Source of the DNA: Trichlorobacter lovleyi SZ
Lineage (GTDB): Bacteria > Desulfobacterota > Desulfuromonadia > Geobacterales > Pseudopelobacteraceae
Length of the DNA: 32,000 bases
Assembly: GCF_000020385.1 (NCBI RefSeq)
Contig: NC_010814.1
Coordinates: forward strand, 1,890,001 to 1,922,000
Direction: 5' to 3'
Part shown: positions 1-7,133 of the stretch, in pieces
Layout: each line of letters opens with the position of its first letter
Numbering within the stretch: the stretch's first letter is position 1
Notes under the pieces: generated by a model
The model's database searches: none
The model's input: only the letters and a program-made list of their open reading frames with translations
Told to the model about the DNA's origin: nothing
Made by a program: the position numbers and the translations under genes

Positions 1-2
1 TC

Positions 3-128
3 TGGGAACGAGGGTATCTGGAGGTGCGCAAGGAGCTGCGGGGCAGGTATCCCAAGCATCCCTGGCCAGATGATCCCTGGAATGCGGTGGCGACCCATAA
101 GACCAAGAAGGCGCTGGATAAAAGATAA
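3..128 (+). CDS. 3' end of an upstream gene (C-terminal fragment, unknown family)
   Basis: Frame 3 is open from the window edge ([41 protein letters not shown]) and ends at TAA 126-128. No family recognised. Confidence 0.3.
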   Translation, partial: WERGYLEVRKELRGRYPKHPWPDDPWNAVATHKTKKALDKR

Positions 129-138
129 GGAGATCTCC

Positions 139-1644
139 ATGCTGTTTGAGATGCATTGCCATACTGCGGAAAAATCAAGCTGCAGTTCTGTCCCGGCAGT
201 TGAGCTGATCCGCAGGGTACAGGCCCGCGGACTGCAGGGGATTGTGCTGACCGATCATCACGCCATCTGGGAGGCTGAAGAGCTGGCAGCGATCCGGCAG
301 CAGGCCGGGGTGCCGGAGCACTTCCTGATCCTCTCCGCACAGGAGGTGACCACTGCTGCCCATGGCGATCTGTTGGTCTACGGCGCCGCAACAGCCATTC
401 CCAAAGGCACGCCGTTGTCTGAGATCAGGCAGTCCTGGCCCGATGCCGCCCTGGTATTGGCCCATGCCTACCGTAAGGGGCGCCGTCCCACTGATCAGCA
501 GCTGACCGATCCGCTGCTGAATGGTGTGGAAATCTTCAGCTCAAACCATGGTGTGGCTGAAAACAGCCGCGGTCTGGCAGACTGGCATCGCCTGCGTTTT
601 ACCGCCATCAGCGGCACTGACACCCATGGTGTGCAGTACGCCGGTTCCTATCCCACCATTTTTGACCATCCGGTTCAGTCGATGCAGGAATTGGTTGGCG
701 AGCTGCGAGCCGGCCGCTGCCGCCCGTTTTTTAAAGAAATTCCCCGTTCCGGCGCCAATGCCGTGGTGACTGAGGTGACCTTCGGCACCAAGGAAGGTGA
801 CGAAAACCGGGAACGGATTATTATCCGTACCCTGAGTGATGCAAAGAAATGGAAAGGCACCGAACGGGCCGAGACCATCATGGCAGCAGTGGCAGAAGCG
901 GGCTTCAGTGCAGGTCGATACCGGGTTCCGAAACCGATCGAGATCGATCAGGAACGGATGACCATCATTGAGCAGGGGATCAGGGGACGTTCACTGCATG
1001 ATAAACTGCTGGCAGCCGGTCATACCGATGCCTGCTGGTACCTTGAGCTGACCGGCCGTTGGCTGGCCCGTCTGCATAAGGCGCGGCTGGCTGTAACAGC
1101 AGCAGATGAGTTTGAACAGCGCGAAGAAGCCAGAATAAGAAATTACCTGTCGCGCTTTGAAGCAATCAACCATCGCCATAGCGACCGAGCCCGGCAGATT
1201 GCTGAAGCGATCATTGCTGCGGAACATGATCTGTCGTGCGGGCACGACTGTCTGGTACAGGGACATGGTGATTTTCATCCCAAGAATGTGATGGTCGGCC
1301 AGGACAGTCAGGAAAACCGTGACACACTCTTTGTGGCGGCCATTGACTTCGGCAGCTCACTACAACTGCCGCCTGCCTTTGATGTGGGTACCTTTCTGGC
1401 CCAGTACCGCAACCAACTGTTCAGCCATCAGGAGCTGCTTGAGCGCCTACCGGAATCAATCTTTCTGGACGCCTACCTTGATGAGGGGCCGCCGGTGGGA
1501 GATGATTTCCTCTGGCAGGTTGAGCTGTTTCGGGCCCGCACCAACCTGAGTATAGCGGCCTTCCTGATCCGGGTGGGGATGGGCGAGAGCGAGGATCTCT
1601 GGCGGGTGCTGGTGGAGGCGGAACAGGGGATGAGCCAGATATGA
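139..1644 (+). CDS. PHP-domain metal-dependent phosphoesterase fused to an APH/choline-kinase-like phosphotransferase domain
   Basis: The N-terminus MLFEMHCHTAEKSSCS...LTDHH...GTDTHG matches the PHP His/Asp metal motifs. The C-terminal half carries the Brenner-type catalytic loop HGDFHPKNVMV and a DFG-like AIDFGSS. AAGGAG at 126-131 lies 7 nt before ATG 139, so the track start at 70 is rejected. The stop overlaps the next gene (ATGA at 1641-1644). Confidence 0.75.
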   Translation: MLFEMHCHTAEKSSCSSVPAVELIRRVQARGLQGIVLTDHHAIWEAEELAAIRQQAGVPEHFLILSAQEVTTAAHGDLLVYGAATAIPKGTPLSEIRQSWPDAALVLAHAYRKGRRPTDQQLTDPLLNGVEIFSSNHGVAENSRGLADWHRLRFTAISGTDTHGVQYAGSYPTIFDHPVQSMQELVGELRAGRCRPFFKEIPRSGANAVVTEVTFGTKEGDENRERIIIRTLSDAKKWKGTERAETIMAAVAEAGFSAGRYRVPKPIEIDQERMTIIEQGIRGRSLHDKLLAAGHTDACWYLELTGRWLARLHKARLAVTAADEFEQREEARIRNYLSRFEAINHRHSDRARQIAEAIIAAEHDLSCGHDCLVQGHGDFHPKNVMVGQDSQENRDTLFVAAIDFGSSLQLPPAFDVGTFLAQYRNQLFSHQELLERLPESIFLDAYLDEGPPVGDDFLWQVELFRARTNLSIAAFLIRVGMGESEDLWRVLVEAEQGMSQI

Positions 1645-2984
1645 TCGACAGCCGGAGACTGCACAATCTGAACAACTGTCCGATCAGACCGGGGCCGGTG
1701 GTGTACTGGATGAGCAGGGAACAGCGGGTTGCTGATAACTGGGGACTGTATCATGCCCAGCAACTGGCGCTGGAACGTCAGGCAGCGCTGTTGGTGGTCT
1801 TCATCCTGGCGGACGGTTTCCTGGGGGCTACGCTGCGGCAGTACGGTTTTATGCTGCAGGGACTGGAGCAGGTTGCCCGCAAGCTGGACGGGCTGAATAT
1901 ACCGTTTCTGCTGCTGGAGGGGGAGCCACGGCATTCAATGCTGCAGTTCATTGCGCAAGAACAGACCGGTTGCGTGGTCTGCGACTTTGATCCGCTGCGG
2001 ATCAAGCGGCAGTGGTTTGACGGCGTGGCGGCAGCCGCCACGGTGGCAGTCCTGGAAGTGGATGGCCACAATATCGTCCCGTGCAGGATTGCTTCGGTTA
2101 AACGAGAGTTCGGTGCCTATACCCTGCGGCCGAAGTTGCGGCGCGTATTGCCTGAGTTTCTGGTGTCAATTCCGCAGGTGGTGCAGCACCCGTTTGCCTG
2201 GAAAAAGACGGTCGCTATTCCTGATACAGAGCAGGTGCAGATCCGTCTGAAGCCTGATGCCGGGGTAGGGGTGGTTCCCGGCTTCAGGCCCGGTGAGCAG
2301 GCAGCGTTTGAGGCCCTGGCGGACTTTATTGCGCAAGGTCTGAACGGCTATGCATCCCGGCGTAATGATCCCACCGTGCATGGGCAGTCCGGCCTATCTC
2401 CCTGGCTGCACTTCGGCCATCTGTCACCACAACGGATTGCGCTGGCCGTTGCGACACAGGGTGATTCAGAAGATGTGGAGGCGATGCTTGAAGAGTTGAT
2501 CGTAAGACGTGAACTTTCCGATAATTTCTGTTTATATTGCGCATCGTACGATACGCTTGATGCTGCACCGGACTGGGCGCACCGTACCCTGGAAAAGCAC
2601 CGTCATGATCCTCGCCGATTTTGTTATACGCAGCATGAGTTTGAGCAGGCAGCCACCCATGACCTGCTCTGGAACGCTGCCCAGACTGAAATGCTGGAGA
2701 CCGGCAAGATGCACGGTTATCTGCGGATGTACTGGGCCAAGAAGATTCTGGAATGGTCTGAGTCTCCGGAAGAGGCAATCAGTACAGCAATATACCTGAA
2801 TGACCGCTATTCTCTTGATGGCCGCGATCCCAACGGGTACGCCGGTATTGCCTGGTCTATCTGTGGTGTCCATGACCGTGCCTGGGGGGAACGTCCGGTA
2901 TTTGGCAGCATCCGCTTTATGAGCTATGATGGATGCAAACGAAAATTCAAGGTAGATGAATATATCAGGCATTGGAGGAAGTAG
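1641..2984 (+). CDS. phr: Class II CPD deoxyribodipyrimidine photolyase
   Basis: 447 aa. The C-terminal FAD-binding region is characteristic of class II photolyases: MHGYLRMYWAKKILEW...YLNDRYSLDGRDPNGYAGIAWSICGVHDRAWGERPVFGSIRFMSYDGCKRKF. The start overlaps the upstream stop. Confidence 0.9.
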   Translation: MIDSRRLHNLNNCPIRPGPVVYWMSREQRVADNWGLYHAQQLALERQAALLVVFILADGFLGATLRQYGFMLQGLEQVARKLDGLNIPFLLLEGEPRHSMLQFIAQEQTGCVVCDFDPLRIKRQWFDGVAAAATVAVLEVDGHNIVPCRIASVKREFGAYTLRPKLRRVLPEFLVSIPQVVQHPFAWKKTVAIPDTEQVQIRLKPDAGVGVVPGFRPGEQAAFEALADFIAQGLNGYASRRNDPTVHGQSGLSPWLHFGHLSPQRIALAVATQGDSEDVEAMLEELIVRRELSDNFCLYCASYDTLDAAPDWAHRTLEKHRHDPRRFCYTQHEFEQAATHDLLWNAAQTEMLETGKMHGYLRMYWAKKILEWSESPEEAISTAIYLNDRYSLDGRDPNGYAGIAWSICGVHDRAWGERPVFGSIRFMSYDGCKRKFKVDEYIRHWRK

Positions 2985-4960
2985 TGGAGTTTAACTTGCT
3001 GAAAGATCTGGTCTTGCTGTTTGGTCTGGCCCTGGTGACGGTGGTGCTGTTCCGGCAGTTCAGGCTGCCTTCCATCATCGGTTTTCTCTGTACCGGTGTG
3101 GTGGCCGGTCCCTATGCGCTGGGGCTGATCAAGGATACCCATCAGGTTGAACAGATGGCTGAGATCGGCGTTGTTCTGCTGCTGTTTACCATCGGGATTG
3201 AGTTCTCGCTGAAGGAGCTGTTGCGGATCAAGCACCTGGTGTTGTGGGGCGGCGGTCTGCAGGTGGGGGTCTCCATCGGCGTGGTGGCCCTGCTCTGGAT
3301 CGCCCTGGGTTTTTCCTGGCAGCAGTCAGTCTTTTTCGGCTTTCTGGTATCGCTCTCCTCAACCGCCATCCTGATGAAGTTGCTGATGGATGCCGGTGAG
3401 ATGGATTCTCCCCACGGCAAGACCTGTCTGGGGATATTGATCTTTCAGGATCTCTGCGTCGTGCCGCTGATGTTGTTTACCCCGTTTCTCGGCGGGGCGG
3501 GCAACGGGCTGACCGGGATTGTGATCGTCTCTGCCAAGGCGCTGGTGGTGGTGGTGGTCTCCCATTTCAGCGCCCGTTTTGCCGTGCCCTGGATCTTTAA
3601 TCAGGTGGTGCGGGCCAAAAGCCGTGAACTGTTTATTCTGACCATCATCTTTGTCGGCTTCGGTACCGCCTTCTTAACGGCGCAGGTCGGGCTTTCCCTG
3701 GCATTGGGGGCCTTTATTGCCGGTCTGGCCATTTCTGAATCGGAATACAGCCATCAGGTTATGGGGGACATCATTCCCTTCCGGGATGCCTTCATGAGCC
3801 TTTTTTTCATCTCGGTCGGCATGTTGCTGGACCCTACTGTGGTGTTGCGTCATCCCCTGATCGTTGTGTTGCTGGTGGCCGGTATCATTCTGATCAAGTG
3901 GCTGGTTGCCGCCGCTGCAGCTCTGGTACTCGGCTTTCCCCCCAAACCTGCCTTTATCAGCGGGCTGCTGCTGGCCCAGGTGGGTGAGTTTGCCTTTGTG
4001 CTGACCCATTCAGGACAGCAGTTCGGTCTGCTGACACCTGACCAGTACCAGCTCTTTCTGGCAGCCTCGGTCGGTACCATGGCGTTAACGCCGTTTTCCC
4101 TACGCTTTGCCGAGCCGATTGCCGGCTGGATTGCCGCCCGTTTACCGACTGCCCTGAAACACGGCAGCCGTACCACCGGCGTGAGCCATGACCGCTTCCC
4201 GATGGATGACCATGTGATCATTGTCGGCTTCGGGGTCAATGGCAAGAACCTGGCCCGGGTGCTGAACGGCAACGGGATCCGCTATATCGCCATTGAAACC
4301 AATCATCATACGGTCAAGGCTGAACGCAAAAAAGGAACCCGGATCATCTTCGGCGATGCCTCCAAGCCGGAAATTCTGCACCATGCCCTGATTGAAAAGG
4401 CCCGGATCATGGTTATTGCCATCTCCGATGCCACCGCTACCCGCAGGATTGCCGCCATTGCACGGCAGATGCGCCCCAACATCCATCTGATTGTCCGTAC
4501 CCGCTATGTGGCTGAGATGGAGCCGCTTTTTCAGTTGGGGGTCAATGATGTGGTGCCGGAGGAGTTTGAAACCTCTGTTGAGATCTTTTCACGGGTGTTG
4601 CGTACCTATCTGATCCCCCATGACCAGATAGATCACTGCATTGCTGAAATCCGGCGGGACTCCTACCAGATGTTCCGCACCATCAGCCGTCGTCACAGTC
4701 ATGCCACCGGCATCTCCGGCTATCTGTCCGGGGTTGAACTGGCCACTTTCCGGGTACAGCCGGGCTCCTCCATTGTCGGCACCCAACTGCGGGACGGTTT
4801 GCTGCGCGAACGTTCCGGTGCTTCTGCCCTGGTGATCAAGCGGGGAGATGAGGTCAACTCCAACCCTGATCCGGTCTGGCAGTTTGAGGTGGATGATATT
4901 GTGCTGGTGCTGGGTAAGCCTGATCAACTGGTCTTTGCGGCTCACCTGTTTGAAACTTAG
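2972..4960 (+). CDS. CPA2-family monovalent cation/H+ antiporter with C-terminal RCK (TrkA-N and TrkA-C) domains (Kef/YbaL-like)
   Basis: About 12 hydrophobic segments, then the Rossmann motif IIVGFGVNGKNLARVL, then a TrkA-C-like tail (VQPGSSIVGTQLRD...DDIVLVLG). The track start is TTG 2972. An in-frame GTG at 2984, 5 nt after GGAGG (2974-2978), is an equally good start. Confidence 0.85.
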   Translation: MEEVVEFNLLKDLVLLFGLALVTVVLFRQFRLPSIIGFLCTGVVAGPYALGLIKDTHQVEQMAEIGVVLLLFTIGIEFSLKELLRIKHLVLWGGGLQVGVSIGVVALLWIALGFSWQQSVFFGFLVSLSSTAILMKLLMDAGEMDSPHGKTCLGILIFQDLCVVPLMLFTPFLGGAGNGLTGIVIVSAKALVVVVVSHFSARFAVPWIFNQVVRAKSRELFILTIIFVGFGTAFLTAQVGLSLALGAFIAGLAISESEYSHQVMGDIIPFRDAFMSLFFISVGMLLDPTVVLRHPLIVVLLVAGIILIKWLVAAAAALVLGFPPKPAFISGLLLAQVGEFAFVLTHSGQQFGLLTPDQYQLFLAASVGTMALTPFSLRFAEPIAGWIAARLPTALKHGSRTTGVSHDRFPMDDHVIIVGFGVNGKNLARVLNGNGIRYIAIETNHHTVKAERKKGTRIIFGDASKPEILHHALIEKARIMVIAISDATATRRIAAIARQMRPNIHLIVRTRYVAEMEPLFQLGVNDVVPEEFETSVEIFSRVLRTYLIPHDQIDHCIAEIRRDSYQMFRTISRRHSHATGISGYLSGVELATFRVQPGSSIVGTQLRDGLLRERSGASALVIKRGDEVNSNPDPVWQFEVDDIVLVLGKPDQLVFAAHLFET

Positions 4961-4991
4961 GGGGTGTTGCGGTGCAACATGTTGCAGGGTA

Positions 4992-5020
4992 TTGACATAA
5001 TATCTGTATATTCATATATT
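4992..5020 (+). promoter_or_regulatory. Candidate sigma70 promoter for the FeS/cytochrome b pair
   Basis: TTGACA (4992-4997), a 17-nt spacer, then TATATT (5015-5020), all within an AT-rich gap. AAGGAG at 5037-5042 lies 8 nt before ATG 5051. Confidence 0.45.
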
Positions 5021-5050
5021 GTTTAAAAATGTAGTAAGGAGCTGATTTTC

Positions 5051-6082
5051 ATGCAACATAATCAAGAAGCAGGTGCTCTTTCACGCCGCGGCCTGTTCAA
5101 GGTTTCCGCGGCATTTCTGGCTGGTGTGAGCGGTCTAGCAACATTGCCCAAACAGCTTCTGGCAGCCCCGCTGGAAGGAAAATTGGTGACTCTGATTGAC
5201 CTGTCCCTCTGTGACGGCTGTGCAGACCGGCCTCAACCGGCCTGTGTCACTTCCTGTAAACAGGAGAAGAACCATACCATCCCGAAGCCGGTTGATCCGA
5301 TTCCATCACCGTTTCCCACTAACATCATTGAAGACTGGTCTAAAAAACAGGAAGTGGCAAACCGCCTGACCCCCTATAACCGGATATTTGTGCAAAAGGC
5401 ACTGGTCACCGTTAATGGGCAGGAAAAGAATCTCTCCATCCCCCGGCGCTGCATGCACTGTGATAACCCTGCCTGTGCCACCATCTGCCCCTTTTCTGCC
5501 AACACCAAGGACAAAAATGGTGCCGTGGTGATTGATCAGGAGCTCTGTTTTGGCGGCGCCAAGTGCAAGACGGTCTGTCCCTGGCAGATTCCCCAGCGTC
5601 AGTCCGGAGTGGGGATTTACCTGAAGGTTGCCAAGGAGTTTATGGGCAATGGGGTGATGTATAAGTGTGATCTTTGCATTGACCGCCTGAGAGCGGGCAG
5701 GACACCGGCCTGTATGGAGGCCTGTCCGAAAAAGGCGATGCTGATCGGTCCCCGTGACCAGATCCATGCTGAAGCAGAAAAACGGGCTGCTGCGTTGGGC
5801 GGCCATATCTTTGGCAGGCAGGAAAACGGTGGCACCTCCACCCTGTATGTTTCATCGGTAGCTTTCAAAGAGCTGGAGCAGAAGCTGTCCCCGGTCTCTG
5901 CTGATCCAAAGAAGGGGCAGCCGCTGCTGAAGCCGGGTGTGAAGCGCAAGATGGCTGAGAGCGACGGACTGGGCAAGGCTGTGCTGGCTGCACCTGCCAT
6001 CGGCCTGGTTGCCGGCCTGGTGGGCGCCTTTGGTAAACTATCGCAACGCAAGGCAGAAAATGCCGGGAAGGAGGAACGCTGA
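5051..6082 (+). CDS. Tat-exported 4x[4Fe-4S] ferredoxin-type subunit (HybA/DmsB/NrfC-like) with a C-terminal membrane anchor
   Basis: Twin-arginine signal SRRGLFKVSAAFLAG. Four Cys clusters: CDGCADRPQPACVTSC, CMHCDNPACATICP, CFGGAKCKTVCP, CDLCIDRLRAGRTPACMEACP. Hydrophobic C-terminal helix AVLAAPAIGLVAGLVGAF. Confidence 0.8.
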   Translation: MQHNQEAGALSRRGLFKVSAAFLAGVSGLATLPKQLLAAPLEGKLVTLIDLSLCDGCADRPQPACVTSCKQEKNHTIPKPVDPIPSPFPTNIIEDWSKKQEVANRLTPYNRIFVQKALVTVNGQEKNLSIPRRCMHCDNPACATICPFSANTKDKNGAVVIDQELCFGGAKCKTVCPWQIPQRQSGVGIYLKVAKEFMGNGVMYKCDLCIDRLRAGRTPACMEACPKKAMLIGPRDQIHAEAEKRAAALGGHIFGRQENGGTSTLYVSSVAFKELEQKLSPVSADPKKGQPLLKPGVKRKMAESDGLGKAVLAAPAIGLVAGLVGAFGKLSQRKAENAGKEER

Positions 6083-6747
6083 TGTCGGCTACGAAACTGG
6101 TAAAACGTCATGAGCTGATTGTTATGCTGGAACATTGGGGCATTGCGATCTCCGGGATAGTGCTGCTGATGAGCGGCATTTTCCAACTGCCCTCGGCTGC
6201 CCGTTACAAGATTACCGCCATTCCCGGTTTCTGGTGGTCGGGCGAGTTCTTTTTCACCCTCAAACTGCACTATATCGCTTCAGTGGTTTTTGTGGGGCTG
6301 GTGCTGTTTCACCTGGTCTACCACCTGTTGTTGCAGGAACGGGCCATGATTCCCCAAAGTGGTGACGTTTCGGAATCCGTCAAGGTGTTAAAAACCTTTA
6401 TCACCAATCAGCCGGAGCCTCCCTTTGGCAAGTATCTGCCTGAGCAACGGCTGGCCTATGTGGCCATTGCAATTCCGGTGCTGATGCTGGTGATTTCCGG
6501 CCTGATCAAGACTTGGAAAAATATCTACACTCCGGACATGGACCGCACCCTGTTGCTTTGGGCCACCTGGGTGCATAACGTTGGCTTTATCCTGTTCTTT
6601 ATGGCCTTTCTGGGACATCTTGCTGCCCTGTTGATCAAACCTAATCGTCCCATGCTGCGGGGGATGCTGACCGGCAAAGTAACGCGGGAGTATGCCGAGC
6701 ACCGCCATCCCCTCTGGGTGAATGAAATAGAGAAAAAGGAGGCTTGA
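6082..6747 (+). CDS. Membrane b-type cytochrome subunit (FdnI / Ni-Fe hydrogenase cytochrome b-like)
   Basis: Four predicted TM helices with conserved His residues (EHWGIAISG, LHYIASVVF..FHLVYH, WVHNVGF..LGHLAAL). The start overlaps the upstream stop by 1 nt (TGATG). Confidence 0.7.
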   Translation: MSATKLVKRHELIVMLEHWGIAISGIVLLMSGIFQLPSAARYKITAIPGFWWSGEFFFTLKLHYIASVVFVGLVLFHLVYHLLLQERAMIPQSGDVSESVKVLKTFITNQPEPPFGKYLPEQRLAYVAIAIPVLMLVISGLIKTWKNIYTPDMDRTLLLWATWVHNVGFILFFMAFLGHLAALLIKPNRPMLRGMLTGKVTREYAEHRHPLWVNEIEKKEA

Positions 6748-6796
6748 CTCTATATCTTGTGTTGTGATAGATAGTTATCCACAACATATTCTGCTG
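6747..6796 (+). promoter_or_regulatory. Candidate tandem NrdR boxes overlapping a candidate nrdD promoter
   Basis: Box 1, ACTCTATATCTTGTGT (6747-6762), matches 14/16 of the published NrdR consensus acaCwAtATaTwGtgt. Box 2, ACAACATATTCTGCTG (6781-6796), is weaker at about 9/16. The candidate promoter is TTGTGA (6762-6767), 17 nt, CATATT (6785-6790), which places the transcription start just before the riboswitch. Confidence 0.4.
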
Positions 6797-6799
6797 TTG

Positions 6800-6976
6800 G
6801 TTGGCAGAAGCACAATACATGATCAACGGTGCCCGCAAGGGCTTGATAGGGAAGTGAGGTGAAATTCCTCCACGGACCCGCCGCTGTAAGCGACGACAAA
6901 GGGCAACACAACCACTGACTGTCAAAGTCGGGAAGGTGCCTGGAGGATGACTCGCAAGTCAGAAGACCTGCCTTGA
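6800..6976 (+). promoter_or_regulatory. Cobalamin (B12) riboswitch aptamer in the nrdD leader
   Basis: Conserved core reads GGTGCC..ATAGGGAAGTGAGGTGAAATTCC..CGGACCCGCCGCTGTAAGC..ACCACTG..GGGAAGG. The B12 box is AGTCAGAAGACCTGCC (6957-6972). P1 can form between GGCAG (6803-6807) and CTGCC (6968-6972). Confidence 0.85.
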
Positions 6977-7040
6977 TCTTACATCATGAAACTCTCCGGG
7001 GATTGGGAGTTGACGCGAGATCAGGCGACGTTAAATTCGG

Positions 7041-7085
7041 AACGTCCGCATGCTGTTTCAGGCAGCTGCGGACGTTTTCAGTTTC
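7041..7085 (+). terminator. Intrinsic terminator / riboswitch expression platform
   Basis: AACGTCCGCA (7041-7050) pairs perfectly with TGCGGACGTT (7067-7076). The stem is extended by GCTG/CAGC and followed by TTCAGTTTC. It lies between the aptamer and the nrdD RBS. Confidence 0.6.
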
Positions 7086-7133
7086 TGCCACCGCACCCCT
7101 TCCCGGACTCCACAAACAAAGGAGTCTTAAGCC

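Noticed and set aside
4961-4990. Possible terminator after the CPA2 gene (TGTTGC-GGT-GCAACA)
   Set aside because: The stem is only 6 bp with a 3-nt loop and no U-tract. This is too weak to call.
5617-6270. 217-aa minus-strand ORF, together with similar long antisense ORFs at 12428-13084, 19500-20249, 20268-20924, 25389-26045, 27180-27920, 28369-28983 and 30052-30682
   Set aside because: Each lies entirely inside a confidently assigned gene on the other strand: the FeS subunit, feoB, katG, the permease, the cytochrome, fetB and the kinase. Their translations are Arg/Gly/Pro-rich with no recognisable motifs.
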